A DNA stretch of 64,000 bases, taken from Abditibacteriaceae bacterium (GTDB lineage: Bacteria; Armatimonadota; Abditibacteriia; Abditibacteriales; Abditibacteriaceae). The notes beneath the pieces are model-generated. The model saw only the letters and a list, made by a program, of their open reading frames with translations. It was not told where the DNA came from and made no database searches. Shown here one piece after another: positions 1 through 10,850 of this stretch. The stretch covers positions 256,001-320,000 of the forward strand of contig OZ255721.1 in assembly GCA_965277285.1 (NCBI GenBank), given 5' to 3'. Within the stretch, counting starts at the first letter, position 1; each line of letters begins with the position of its first letter. A program made the translations under genes and the position numbers.

Positions 1-64
1 GCTCGCAGAGCATTCGTGCGCAAAATCAATGGCGATTGGCGCGCCGATTTCTGGGAAAGTTCTC

Positions 65-194
65 AGAATTAGTTTGCAAAGTTTGCTACGCGTGAAAAAA
101 TAACAGTTTGTTGTTCTGACGGTGCGCTACGGACAGGCTCAGAATGACAAACTTCCACTGCTCAATCTTGTTTTCTACTTTGCAAACTGATTCT
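65..194. mobile_element. MITE-like element with 18-bp terminal inverted repeats enclosing a partial GTCATTCTGAG-family REP
   Basis: AGAATTAGTTTGCAAAGT (65-82) and ACTTTGCAAACTGATTCT (177-194) are inverted repeats with 1 mismatch; internal CTCAGAATGACAAACT; similar ends at 29339-29546. Confidence 0.55.
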
Positions 195-377
195 CAAACG
201 ACGAGCGCTTGATTGTGCCATTTTGTGTGCTGTGCCACACTGAAGGCGTTCTTTCCGGCTCATTTCACCCTTTGCGGGGTTCAACCTTGTCGATTTTCAT
301 CCTATAGATGTTCCGTTCTGCGGCGAACGTCTTAGTTATTGTAGCGTTTTCTGGTCGCTTTTCGTCGCTGACTAACC

Positions 378-3300
378 ATGCCGAAACGTTCGCGCTCTTC
401 TTCGCGGGATCGCCTGCTGCGCCTCAATCGTTTGCGGCGACCGTCTCCGTCGCGCCCCGATGCACTCGGCGTTGCTGCGTCTCAAGCTCCCATTCCCAAG
501 CCGCGTCGCTCGCGTCGCCGTCTGGCCTGGCTTTTGACGCCGCTCATTGTCATCGCGCTGTTGATTTTGGGCGGCGATTTGTATGTGCGTCAAAACTTCA
601 ATGTCGAAAAAATCGTGCGCACGCAGGTCTTGCCGCAGTTAGCGAAGCAACTTAATGCGAAAGTTGAAATCGGCAGCATCGACAGCGATTACATTTCGCG
701 CGTCACCTTGCACGATGTCGTAATCGGGCGCGACGCCAAACTTCCGCTGGGTGCTCTGGCGCAAATCAAAACCGCGACGCTCAGCCTCGATATTCCAGCT
801 CTGGCGCTGCATCGCACCGATGCGCTGGGCGCTCTTCGTTCGGTTGACCTCGATGCGCCGCGCGTTGTCGTGCAGCGCGATGCGAAAGGCGCCATCAACT
901 GGGTGAAGTTGTGGAAGCCTTCATCAAACACCTCATCCACCAAATGGACGGGCACGCTGACCGCGACGAACGGACGCATCTGGTATCAGGACGCGATGAT
1001 TCGTTCGCGGCGCGGCGTTCCTCTGGTCGCGGACGCGCAAGGTATCGCGCTCAAAGTCGTGGCGCGCGGCGCCGATCCCGCACTTTTTACGGCGAGCATT
1101 CCGCAGGCTTTTATCGGCCACAAGCCGCAGCAAACCGCGTTGCAAAACCTGTTTTTGAACGGGCGCGCCGAACCTCAAGGTCGCTGGGCGATGGCGCAAG
1201 CGCAAGTCGCGCGCGTGCCGGTTGCGCTACTCATCGAGTACTCGAACTCCCAATATCCAATAGTTGGCAGCGGCGAAATCGGCGGTAAATTTCATCTCGC
1301 GTATGATGCGACAGCGCCCGCCGCGCGACGCGTTTTGCTGGCCGGAAACGGTGCGCTGCGCGAAGTTGGCGTGTCGTTGGCGCCCGATGCGCAGAATCTT
1401 CCGCTGGCTCTGGCGAATCTGCAAACGCGCTTGAAGCGCATCGGCGAAAGCGTTTCGGTGCAGAAAATCAACGGGCCTTTCACCTTCAATGACCGCGCAT
1501 TTTCGACGGGCGGCGCGACATTGCAGACTTTGGGCAGCGCGTGGCAAATCAATGGCGCGGTGGCGGCTCCAGCAAATCTGCCGATTTCGTTCGATGTCGT
1601 GGCGCAAACGCGCAGCGCCGACGCGACGCGACTGGCGCAACTTGTGCCGCTGGCGGGAACGACGATTCGCGGTGGATTATCGAGCGGCAACGTGCGGTTA
1701 ACGGGCGACGCATCAAAGGCGCAAATCAGCGGCGACATTACGGTTCCCAATGCGAGCGTGCAAAACGCGCGACTGGGAAACGTTCAAACTTCGGCGTTGC
1801 GCGCCGTTTTTCAAACCGATACGAGTGGGCGAACCGGCAACGTGCGATTTTCTTTGCCCAACGTCGTTGCGCAAAACGCGCGCGGCGATTTTGGACGCAG
1901 TCGAGTACTCGAAGGCACCGCCACTTTCGCGCGTAATTCGCAAAACGCAATAGGAATCAATGCCGATGTGAGCGCGCCCGATTACGCCTTGCGCCAAACG
2001 TCTTTCGGAACGGTGCAGGGAAATGCGCTGCGCGCGCAAATCGCGGCCTCGCTGACAAACCAGAACGGGATTTGGAACGGGCAGGGCAACGCCGTTTTGC
2101 GCACCACAAATCTGGCGGCGCAACAAACCGCGCGCGATGGAAAAACGACGGCCATCCGCGCGACAAATGCGAATGGAACACTTGATTTTCAAGGTGACTT
2201 GAGCGGCGCCTTGCGCACCAACGCTGCCTTGCACTTCGACTTGGGCGGCCTCGCTTTGCACAGCGTTGCATTCGGCGATGGGACGGCGAACAGCGCACGC
2301 GGAATTGTTGTTTTCAATGGCTTGACGCAGCGTGGCGCCTTGTCCGCCGATGTCGCCCTGTCGAATTTACAAGCGCGTCCAAGCGCGGCGTTGTGGCAAA
2401 CAATGACGCGAAAACCGAACGTGGCTTTGGCCTCGGAAGTCAGCGCGCAAGCGTTTCGAGTACTCGTTTCCACGCCGGACGCGCGACAGGCAACGCCGCA
2501 CTGGAACGGCGTTTCGTCGTTTGCAGGCGTGGACGCAAGTCGCTTCAGTTTAGCGGCGCTATCGCCGGATTTGGCGCGTCGCGTGCACAATCTGGGCGCG
2601 CTCGGCGGGCAAATGCAGTTTGCCCTTGATGGCAAAACGCCGTCAGCGCTCAGCGGCAATTTCAGCTTATCGCGCGCTCAAATCGATCAATTTGCCTTGC
2701 GCGATATTTCGTCGCGCGTCCTTTATCAGAACGGCGTGGTTCGTTTGCAAAACGCGCGGGCGCAAAGCGACGAAGGCCCGCTTTTGCTGGACGCGCTTTA
2801 CGATGTGCGCCGTGCGCGCGGCAATCTTGGTTTGAACGCGCCTTTGGTTCAAGTCGAAGCGGCGCGCATCAATCCGTTTTTGCGCGCGATGGGTTTGCAA
2901 TTTGAAGGCACAGCGCGTGGTCAGGTGCGCGTGGCGACCAGTTTGGATCGTGGCGCGACCGGGCCTTTACAAGCGACTTTCGATGTGCGCGTTCCGAATG
3001 CGCAGTTGCGCTCGATTGCGGCCAATCGAGTACTCGAAACGTCTTCGAGCGCCGTTTTGAACGCTGAGGAAACGCGCGTTCAAGGTAGCGGCGTCTGGAA
3101 AAATGGCGCGAACGGCGCCTGGAATTTTGTCGGGCGTGCCGCTCTGCAAGCACAAACTGCGCGCATCGACAGCGATTCACTGGTGGGAAATACGCGTCCG
3201 CTGCCCTTGGGCAATTTTGTTTTACCGTCGTGGACACGCGGCGCGCAACTTTCCGGTTTGCGCCTGGTTTCGCAAGGAGAACTACGGCGCGACGCGACAC

Positions 3301-6300
3301 AGAAAATTGTTTTTCAGCCGCGCGTTTCGGGCACCTTGAACGCCGAGAGCGCACTTTTGAATCTGCCTGTGCAAAGCGGCGCGACGCGTTCGTTGATCGC
3401 ACCATCGTTTGTGCTACAAAATGTGCAGGCGAATTTTTCCGCTGATGGACAGCGTTTGCAATTGGCGCGCTGGCAGGCGCTGGCGCCGCAACTACGCGAC
3501 GTTTCTGCAGGGCGCAACACGATGCCGATTCTCAGCGGTTATTTGAACGTGGCCAGCGGCAATCTCAGCGGTCAGGTTTTAGCGCGCGATTTGGATGCGT
3601 CGCGCGTGCAGCGTTTGGCCGACCATCTTTTGCCGCTGGATTTAGGACAATCGCAACCGGCATTGCGCGGCGTTTTGTTTGCGCGCGCCGATGTCAGCGG
3701 CACAATGCAAAGTCCACGCGCTTTGCTGCAGGCGCGCCTTTATCGCGGCGCCGTCGCGTTGCCGCAAACGATTGGTTTGACCAAGCCAACAGCGGGAAAA
3801 AGTTCTCCCTCATCGCCGATCATTATTCCGTTGGATGCCGCGAATTTGACGATGAATCTGGCGCCATCGACCTCGAAATTTGGGGTTCAAAGCCTGGTTT
3901 TATGGAGTCGCGGCGGACGTTTGGCAGCCAGCGGAACGATTTCGCCGAACGCTGCGCCCGCTATCGAGTACTCGAATGCGTCCACCGATACGTTCCCAAA
4001 AACGTCGCGCGCTTTGGGCTTGAACGTGTCGTTGCAAATGACGAACTGGCGCGTGCGCGATTTGACGCAATTGTTGCCGTCGACTTCAAAAAACAATGCT
4101 TTGGCGACTTTCGATGGTGCGCTCAGCGGCGATTTGCAATTGACGGGAACAACATTGGCGCCGCGCGTGACAGGCAAAGCCGGACTGCGCTTGGCGTCCT
4201 GGAACGGCGTCGATGTGCCTCAAATCGAAGCGCAAATCGCCGCCGAACAAACCGCGCTCGGCCCGAAACTGGTTTTGACGAACATCAACGGACGCGTCGA
4301 AGGTTCAACGGTCGGCGGTGAAGCAATTTTCGATATGCCGCGCAACGTTTGGTCTACACGATTGAACGCGACCGGCCTGCACGCCGAACGATTGGTGCGA
4401 CTGGCCGAAAGTTTTGTACCCGCATCTGGGCTTAGCAGCGTGCTATCGAGTACTCGAAACACAGAACCGTGGCACGTTTATCCCGCGGTCAATGCTGCCG
4501 TGACGCCACTGCGCGCGATGGCAATCGAAGTTGCGCAAAACCCTAAGCACGCGATGGTTGCTTCACCTCATGCGGCGCCCTTGACGCAAAATGAAGCGGC
4601 ACAAAAATCTGCTACGAACGCGTTTGCGAATACGACGGATGAAAGTGAGCGCATTCCTTTGCATGGCGACCTGAACGTAGTTTTTACGGCGAGCGGAACT
4701 TTCGGGACGAATGGCGCGAAACCTGTGCGTGGTGCGAGCGGCTTAATGCCCGTTGTGCGCGAAGCGAATGCGACGATGGTTTCGGAAAGTTTGCATTGGC
4801 GCGGCCACGATTTAGGCGCGCTGACGGCGGATGTTTCGCTGCAAAACAACGTCATTCACATCGCGGATTTTTCCCTGCTGCGCCATCTCAGCGCGAAGGA
4901 AATCGCCTTCAATGCTGTGGCGCAGAAAAACGCTGGTGCCGACGAATCGAGCAATAACACCAACACAAATGAAGCCGCGGTTCCCGACAACGATGCCGAT
5001 GATGTGGCGCAAATTCGCGTTGGCGGTACGTTGCCGCTCGACATTCATGCGCCGAATGCTGTGCCTTTTGATACGACGGTCACGGTTGATAACGAACGTT
5101 TCACGGTTTTTCGTGAAGCCTTGCAGGAACTTGGTCAAGTGCTGACGGCGCGCGGCTATTATCTGGCGAACCTCGATGTTTTACAAAGCCGCGTCAACGC
5201 TCTGCCACCGGATTTAGAAGGGCGCATGAATGCCAAAACGCATTTGACCGGACGCTGGGGCGCGCTTTCGGTCGGCTTGGATGCCAACGTCGATGACGCG
5301 CGAACGAGTACTCAAACCTTGCCCGCGCTGCAAGCCTCCATAGTTTTGGCTAACGGCGCGATTGATGTCAACAGCTTTGAAATCAAGCAAACCTTTGAAG
5401 AAAACAACGACGGCGATCTAACGCCCGCGACCGATGTTTCTGCCGACGCACTGATGGACGACGGTTCGGGAAACAGCAGTTCAGGTGGCGACAAAACGCG
5501 GCGCGTGCGCGAAACGGCGTTGCGCGTGGCGCCTGGCGGACGCATTGTGCCCGGCGGCGAGATTTCGCTGGACGTGGAAGTTTTGAAGGCGAATCTGGCG
5601 CAACTCGCGGGTTGGCTTCCCGAACTGAAGATGGACAGCGGCAAAGCCTTGTTGCGCGGCGAATTATCGCTCTTCAGCTTTGAAGTGCGCGGGCAAACCT
5701 CGTCGCCCGAAGTCACCGGTTCGATTGATGCGCGCGATCTGTCATATCGCACTTACACCATTGATCGCTTGCGCGTGGCCGAGTTCGACATCAAAGACGG
5801 AATGTTGTCGGTCGAGCCGGGCAAACTGACGGTTGTCAAAGGCGGTTTTCAATCGTCGGCGGCCAACGGTAGCGTCCCCTGGAGTTGGGGCGCAAATGGC
5901 AGTATGCCCGGCCCGCAACGCACGGGCGCGCTCAACGTTCATTTGCCCTTGCAAACCCGCGATTTTGGTGCGCTGGCGGGCGCGTTCGTCCCCGCTTTGA
6001 CCAATGTCGCGGCGGATGGTTTCACGGGTTCGGTCGATGTAACGGGCAGTTTGGACAAGCCACAAATTGCCGGCGAAATCAATTTGAAAAACGCACGTTT
6101 TCGCGCCGATCCGATTGTTGGCCCATTTCCTTTCGGCGTCAACAATTTGAGTGGAACGGTGCGCTTCGCCGATGGCAATCGAGTACTCGTTGACCATCTC
6201 AGCGGCCAGTTGGCGCGCGCCGAAGCCGTGCGTGGAACTCCAACTGGCAATCGCCCCGCCGAAGAGCGCGCCGCTCTTGCCAAAGACAGCACGCCCGTTT

Positions 6301-8093
6301 TACAGACGAATACGAACGTCGCTCTGCGCGCCATCAACCAGGTGAATGCGACAGTGGAAGCCACTAATCGCCAGAGCACAGAAGAGCGTCCCGATTTAGG
6401 CGGCAACTTCACGCTGAATGGCGATGTGCTGCTGAATTTGGGCGGCGGCGATGCTTCGAGCGCTGGTTCGCGTTTGCCGCTGCATCGTTATAATCTTGAT
6501 TTTACGCTGCGCAATGGCGCCTTTGGTTCGGCGTTGCTGTCCGGCTTGCGCGATATTTCGCTGGACGCGGCGTGGAAAACAGGCGATGGCGCGCCGCAAA
6601 ATGCGCAAATGGTTTCGTGGAAACTGATTGCAAAAGGTCGCCCGAAATTAGGTAATGGTTCTGACAAGCAAACGCGCGGCAGCCTTTCTTCGGATGCGAC
6701 GGTGCGCCTGGTGCCGAACTTTACCGATGGCTTGAACGCGATTTTGCATTCGCACTTCGATGGCGATGTCAAGCTGAAAAACCTGGGTTGGGAAGTGCGC
6801 GACCTGGGAAGCGGCGTTCTCGATGGCACCTTGAAACTGGACAATAGAACGCTCATCGAAAATGCTATTCCCACACCGCTACGCCCCAACAACGTGCGCC
6901 GCGTTCCGGCTTCGAGTGAAAACTCGTCGCAGAATCTGGTGTCGCCCGTTAAAAGCACGGCGTTGAATGAACTTCCCGCAGGCTCCCTCACGCGTTCTTC
7001 GGCTTCGATGAGCGACATTATTAACGGTGTTGCTAAGCCTGACAACGCGACTTCGAGTACTCGAATTGAGGATTTCGCAGCTCCTGACCCGCCAATAACA
7101 TCAGGGACTAAAACTTCTCGCTCCAGTTCGTTGCCGCGCGCGGTTGACGACACGAACGTCGACACGAACGGCGACGTAACAAACCAAAGTGCGGCCAACG
7201 TTGGAGCGCCGCTGCGTGTTTCGGGCGCTGTGACGATTTCGCAAACTGAGATCAGCGGCTTGCCAGCGGGCGGCGCGGGCGGCGTCGATATTTTGCTTCC
7301 GGCGCCTAATCTCGACATCGCGGTCGCACTCGGGAAAAGTGTGCGCTTCACGACGCCGACCGCGCGCGCCGAATTGGATGGCTCGATAGCTATCGCGGGA
7401 ACGCCGCGCGATCCGCGCATTGCAGGCACGGTTTCCACGCGCAACGGTCAAATTCGTTTTCCCAACGCTTCGGCGCGCATTGAAGAAGGCACAGTCGAAA
7501 TCGAAGTTACGCGTGATTCCGTCACGCACGAACTGCGACCGCGCGCCACGATTGACGCCACGGCGCGCGGTCAGGCCGGGCGCTATGCGATTACGATTGG
7601 CTTGCACGGGCCACTTGATCTGGGCAACCAGAGTGTACAGAACTTGCGCGTCGATGTGACGTCCAACCCGCCGCTTTCGCAGGACGAAGCGTTCGCGCAA
7701 CTGACCGGAACTTCGCTGATCGATACCGATACTGGTAACACTTTGACGGGCAACGAAGCGAATCAGGCGTATGCGCGCGCCGTTGTGAGCTTGTTGTCAG
7801 CGCCACTTTTTTCGGGCTTGGAGCGCTCGCTCGAACAATCCTTGGGCTTGAACAGCTTGACGATTGACTATCGCTTGAACGAGCCTTTGGGCATCGAAAT
7901 CGGCAAAGCCATCGGCAGCCGCGTTTTTGTGACCTATCGTCGTTCTTTGACGCGTGGTACAGGTACGATAGTCGATCAACCCGGCTCTTCGGTGCGCGTC
8001 GATATACAGATCGCGAGCGGCGTGCAACTGGGTTTTGAAAGCGACGATACAGGAAAACGCAGCGTCACGCTGGGAAAAACCTTCCGTTTCTAA
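378..8093 (+). CDS. TamB/AsmA-like translocation and assembly module protein (2571 aa)
   Basis: N-terminal TM anchor, long beta-rich repeats (LSGDLQLTGTTLAPRVTG), DUF490-like C-terminus (SNPPLSQDEAFAQL...GKAIGSRVFVTY); next to an Omp85 gene. Confidence 0.85.
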   Translation: MPKRSRSSSRDRLLRLNRLRRPSPSRPDALGVAASQAPIPKPRRSRRRLAWLLTPLIVIALLILGGDLYVRQNFNVEKIVRTQVLPQLAKQLNAKVEIGSIDSDYISRVTLHDVVIGRDAKLPLGALAQIKTATLSLDIPALALHRTDALGALRSVDLDAPRVVVQRDAKGAINWVKLWKPSSNTSSTKWTGTLTATNGRIWYQDAMIRSRRGVPLVADAQGIALKVVARGADPALFTASIPQAFIGHKPQQTALQNLFLNGRAEPQGRWAMAQAQVARVPVALLIEYSNSQYPIVGSGEIGGKFHLAYDATAPAARRVLLAGNGALREVGVSLAPDAQNLPLALANLQTRLKRIGESVSVQKINGPFTFNDRAFSTGGATLQTLGSAWQINGAVAAPANLPISFDVVAQTRSADATRLAQLVPLAGTTIRGGLSSGNVRLTGDASKAQISGDITVPNASVQNARLGNVQTSALRAVFQTDTSGRTGNVRFSLPNVVAQNARGDFGRSRVLEGTATFARNSQNAIGINADVSAPDYALRQTSFGTVQGNALRAQIAASLTNQNGIWNGQGNAVLRTTNLAAQQTARDGKTTAIRATNANGTLDFQGDLSGALRTNAALHFDLGGLALHSVAFGDGTANSARGIVVFNGLTQRGALSADVALSNLQARPSAALWQTMTRKPNVALASEVSAQAFRVLVSTPDARQATPHWNGVSSFAGVDASRFSLAALSPDLARRVHNLGALGGQMQFALDGKTPSALSGNFSLSRAQIDQFALRDISSRVLYQNGVVRLQNARAQSDEGPLLLDALYDVRRARGNLGLNAPLVQVEAARINPFLRAMGLQFEGTARGQVRVATSLDRGATGPLQATFDVRVPNAQLRSIAANRVLETSSSAVLNAEETRVQGSGVWKNGANGAWNFVGRAALQAQTARIDSDSLVGNTRPLPLGNFVLPSWTRGAQLSGLRLVSQGELRRDATQKIVFQPRVSGTLNAESALLNLPVQSGATRSLIAPSFVLQNVQANFSADGQRLQLARWQALAPQLRDVSAGRNTMPILSGYLNVASGNLSGQVLARDLDASRVQRLADHLLPLDLGQSQPALRGVLFARADVSGTMQSPRALLQARLYRGAVALPQTIGLTKPTAGKSSPSSPIIIPLDAANLTMNLAPSTSKFGVQSLVLWSRGGRLAASGTISPNAAPAIEYSNASTDTFPKTSRALGLNVSLQMTNWRVRDLTQLLPSTSKNNALATFDGALSGDLQLTGTTLAPRVTGKAGLRLASWNGVDVPQIEAQIAAEQTALGPKLVLTNINGRVEGSTVGGEAIFDMPRNVWSTRLNATGLHAERLVRLAESFVPASGLSSVLSSTRNTEPWHVYPAVNAAVTPLRAMAIEVAQNPKHAMVASPHAAPLTQNEAAQKSATNAFANTTDESERIPLHGDLNVVFTASGTFGTNGAKPVRGASGLMPVVREANATMVSESLHWRGHDLGALTADVSLQNNVIHIADFSLLRHLSAKEIAFNAVAQKNAGADESSNNTNTNEAAVPDNDADDVAQIRVGGTLPLDIHAPNAVPFDTTVTVDNERFTVFREALQELGQVLTARGYYLANLDVLQSRVNALPPDLEGRMNAKTHLTGRWGALSVGLDANVDDARTSTQTLPALQASIVLANGAIDVNSFEIKQTFEENNDGDLTPATDVSADALMDDGSGNSSSGGDKTRRVRETALRVAPGGRIVPGGEISLDVEVLKANLAQLAGWLPELKMDSGKALLRGELSLFSFEVRGQTSSPEVTGSIDARDLSYRTYTIDRLRVAEFDIKDGMLSVEPGKLTVVKGGFQSSAANGSVPWSWGANGSMPGPQRTGALNVHLPLQTRDFGALAGAFVPALTNVAADGFTGSVDVTGSLDKPQIAGEINLKNARFRADPIVGPFPFGVNNLSGTVRFADGNRVLVDHLSGQLARAEAVRGTPTGNRPAEERAALAKDSTPVLQTNTNVALRAINQVNATVEATNRQSTEERPDLGGNFTLNGDVLLNLGGGDASSAGSRLPLHRYNLDFTLRNGAFGSALLSGLRDISLDAAWKTGDGAPQNAQMVSWKLIAKGRPKLGNGSDKQTRGSLSSDATVRLVPNFTDGLNAILHSHFDGDVKLKNLGWEVRDLGSGVLDGTLKLDNRTLIENAIPTPLRPNNVRRVPASSENSSQNLVSPVKSTALNELPAGSLTRSSASMSDIINGVAKPDNATSSTRIEDFAAPDPPITSGTKTSRSSSLPRAVDDTNVDTNGDVTNQSAANVGAPLRVSGAVTISQTEISGLPAGGAGGVDILLPAPNLDIAVALGKSVRFTTPTARAELDGSIAIAGTPRDPRIAGTVSTRNGQIRFPNASARIEEGTVEIEVTRDSVTHELRPRATIDATARGQAGRYAITIGLHGPLDLGNQSVQNLRVDVTSNPPLSQDEAFAQLTGTSLIDTDTGNTLTGNEANQAYARAVVSLLSAPLFSGLERSLEQSLGLNSLTIDYRLNEPLGIEIGKAIGSRVFVTYRRSLTRGTGTIVDQPGSSVRVDIQIASGVQLGFESDDTGKRSVTLGKTFRF

Positions 8094-8395
8094 GAGGACT
8101 TTTTCTAAGAGGACTTTTGGAGACCTCAGAAAGTTTTGACTTGTCTGCAAAGTCTTATCTGCGATGCGAACGTTGATTTCCTAATTCGAGTACTCGATCG
8201 CTGTTTTGTAACTTTTCGTAACTTGTTCCTGCGAGATGAGATGATTACCAAGATGAAAAAACCCGCTTAGCATTGCCAAGAGCGTGCCGTGTTATACTGT
8301 CGCGGATTAAATTAGACCAACGATTTCTCACGAACTGACGCAACAATCTGAAAAAACGACCTGACGAAACTGATTTCTCCGGAGGCTTTTCCTGG

Positions 8396-10537
8396 ATGCA
8401 GCCACATTTCGACCCCACTCTCATCGTCCCACCCATTGCCGCCCCAGCTGAACTCACACCCGAAACTTCGACCCGATTTGTGACCTTGCGTCCTTTGACT
8501 TTGCCTTCTGCAACATCCCGCCGTTTTTTGTCGACCTTTCAAAGTTTTCGTCAACCGGCGAGCCTGATCGCGCTGGGTTTTGCGTTCACTTTGACAACGC
8601 AAGTCGTCCGCGCCGAGCCGCCTGTTGTCTCGCAAAACCCATCTAATGCACCCGCCGCGCAACCAGCCGGCGAACCGGGCAAGCCTGGCGGGTTGACGGT
8701 TCCCATCGGGCCAGACAAAAACGCGGCCACGCCAACTCCCACACCAGCGCCGACTCCGGCTCCCGTCGCAACACCAACGCCACCAGTTGTCGTGCCTGGC
8801 GGCGATACAACGGATAATAGTGGCGATGTCCAAGTCAATCTGGAAGGTCGCACCATTGCGACGGTGCGCGTTGTCGGCAACCGTGTTGTACCGAACGAAA
8901 CGATTTTGCAGCAGGCGACCGGCACGCGCGTTGGCGGCGTGGTATCAGCGAATCAATTGCAAGCCGACTTGCGACGCATTGATGCGCTGGGGTTTTTCGT
9001 TTCGGTGCAGCAGCAAGTTACGCCCAACCTGACAGACCCCGAAAAAGTAGATGTGGCGTTCGTCGTGGTTGAAAATCGACCTGTTACGGGATTTACCTTT
9101 GTCGGTAACTCACGCATTACAGCGGCTGACTTGGAAGCTGTGCTGACGACAAAAGCTGGCACAGTACTCAATCGCAATACGATCAATACGGATGTCGGCA
9201 AAATCCAAGAATTGTATGGCACGCGTGGTCTGGCGGCTCAGGTTTTGGAATCGCGGCAAACCGATGACGGCAAAGTTGTTTTTACGATTCAAGAAGCGCG
9301 CATCGGGCGCATCGACATCGCGGGTTTGCGCAAAACCAAAGAAGGCCTGGTGCGCAAACTGATTCACACCAACAAAGGCGCCGCCTTCGATCAATTGGCT
9401 TTGCGCCGCGACCTGAACGCGATTTATGACACGGGTTTGTTCGACGACATTTCGTATAAGGTGACGGATGAACCGGCGACGCCGGGCGCGGTTATCGTGA
9501 CGATTTCAGTCAAGGAAAAGCGCAGCGGACAGTTCAGCATCGGCTTGAGCTTTGACAATCGTTCCAAGTTGGGCGGTTTTGTTACGGTGGGCGATAATAA
9601 CTTGTTCGGCGAGGGTAAGCGCGCTTCGGCCAGCGTTGAAGCCGGGAGCCAACGCACGTACGAACTCGATTTCGGCGATTCCTATGTCGGAAAGAAACTG
9701 GCCAGTTATGACCTATCGCTGTTCAGCCGCCTGATTTATCGCGAGCCGCGCCTCGTTTCGTTGGTAACAGGTCAAACAACGAGCACGCAATACAATTATC
9801 AGGAACAACGCAGCGGTTTTCGCGCGAACTTCACAGACCCTCTCAATCCACAGCGCGATACATCCTTGTTGTTTGGCTTCCGCGCCGAAAAAGCGCAACT
9901 CGAGCAAACCGACGCCAATACAGGTACCAGCAACAAATTGCTCGACTCCTCAGGTGGCGTGGTCGCTTTTTCAGGTGGCTTTTTGCGCGATAAGCGCGAC
10001 TTGCAGCTTGATCCTTCGACGGGCGGACGCCAGCAAATCATTGTCGAGCACGCGTTTCCGGTGCTGGGTGCGAGTACTCAATTTACGAAAATTGACCTCG
10101 ATTTGCGCCAGTATTTTCCACTGATTGGCCCGCCGAAAAATTTCACTAAAGGTACCATTCCCCTGCCGCGCCTCGTGCTGGCGGGACGCCTTGTGGTGGG
10201 GCGCGCGCTGGGTCAGTTGCCCGCGTTCGAGCAGTATTTTGTCGGCGGTTCCGATACGGTGCGCGGCTACGACGCTGACTATCAGTTCGGCGACAACCAG
10301 TTTTATTCCAACGTTGAACTGCGCTATCGATTGAACCAACAATTCCAGCTTGTCGGCTTTACGGACGCAGGAAAAGCCTATGGCGGCAGGTTTTCGACCG
10401 ATTTGGCGAACTCTAACGTGCTGTTTTCCGTCGGCGTCGGCATTCGCGTTAAAACTCCCATCGGGCCGGTTCGCTTGGACTTAGCGCGCGGTTCGCAAGG
10501 TATCAAAACGCATTTTGGTATTGGTTCGACCTTCTAA
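8396..10537 (+). CDS. Omp85 family outer-membrane assembly factor (BamA/TamA-like) with POTRA domains
   Basis: POTRA repeats (VRVVGNRVV, FTFVGNSRI, IDIAGLRKT), GGSDTVRGY lid motif, GVGIRVKTPIGPVRLD, terminal Phe; GGAGG at 8381. Confidence 0.9.
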   Translation: MQPHFDPTLIVPPIAAPAELTPETSTRFVTLRPLTLPSATSRRFLSTFQSFRQPASLIALGFAFTLTTQVVRAEPPVVSQNPSNAPAAQPAGEPGKPGGLTVPIGPDKNAATPTPTPAPTPAPVATPTPPVVVPGGDTTDNSGDVQVNLEGRTIATVRVVGNRVVPNETILQQATGTRVGGVVSANQLQADLRRIDALGFFVSVQQQVTPNLTDPEKVDVAFVVVENRPVTGFTFVGNSRITAADLEAVLTTKAGTVLNRNTINTDVGKIQELYGTRGLAAQVLESRQTDDGKVVFTIQEARIGRIDIAGLRKTKEGLVRKLIHTNKGAAFDQLALRRDLNAIYDTGLFDDISYKVTDEPATPGAVIVTISVKEKRSGQFSIGLSFDNRSKLGGFVTVGDNNLFGEGKRASASVEAGSQRTYELDFGDSYVGKKLASYDLSLFSRLIYREPRLVSLVTGQTTSTQYNYQEQRSGFRANFTDPLNPQRDTSLLFGFRAEKAQLEQTDANTGTSNKLLDSSGGVVAFSGGFLRDKRDLQLDPSTGGRQQIIVEHAFPVLGASTQFTKIDLDLRQYFPLIGPPKNFTKGTIPLPRLVLAGRLVVGRALGQLPAFEQYFVGGSDTVRGYDADYQFGDNQFYSNVELRYRLNQQFQLVGFTDAGKAYGGRFSTDLANSNVLFSVGVGIRVKTPIGPVRLDLARGSQGIKTHFGIGSTF

Positions 10538-10565
10538 ACTCATGTTTGAGACAGGAGAACGTATA

Positions 10566-10601
10566 GAAAAAGGCTGGAGTGTTCACGCTCCAGCCTTTTT
10601 C
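10566..10601 (+). terminator. Intrinsic terminator
   Basis: GAAAAAGGCTGGAGTG-ttca-CGCTCCAGCCTTTTTC hairpin with T tract after the Omp85 stop. Confidence 0.8.
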
Positions 10602-10850
10602 TGCATGAATTTTTGAAGATCGAGTACTCGAAGTGTAAAATAGCGAACAAATTTTGGGCAGAAAATGAACTTTTTTGTTTTGTAATGAAACAAACGTCAT
10701 ATCGAGCGGAACGTGTCAATAAATGGTGCGTCTCCGCACGCATCTCATATCAATAAAGCCTTGCTACAAGTGGTTTTCTCTGCTGTCACAGGCTGTTCGC
10801 ACATTGTTTTGAGTATCTTAAATTAAGTTTGTAAAGCGAAGGTTGAAGCT

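Noticed and set aside
8089..8118. Short direct duplications (TCTAAGAGGACTTTT twice; also 28089-28122)
   Set aside because: Two-copy local slippage at gene ends with nothing between the copies.
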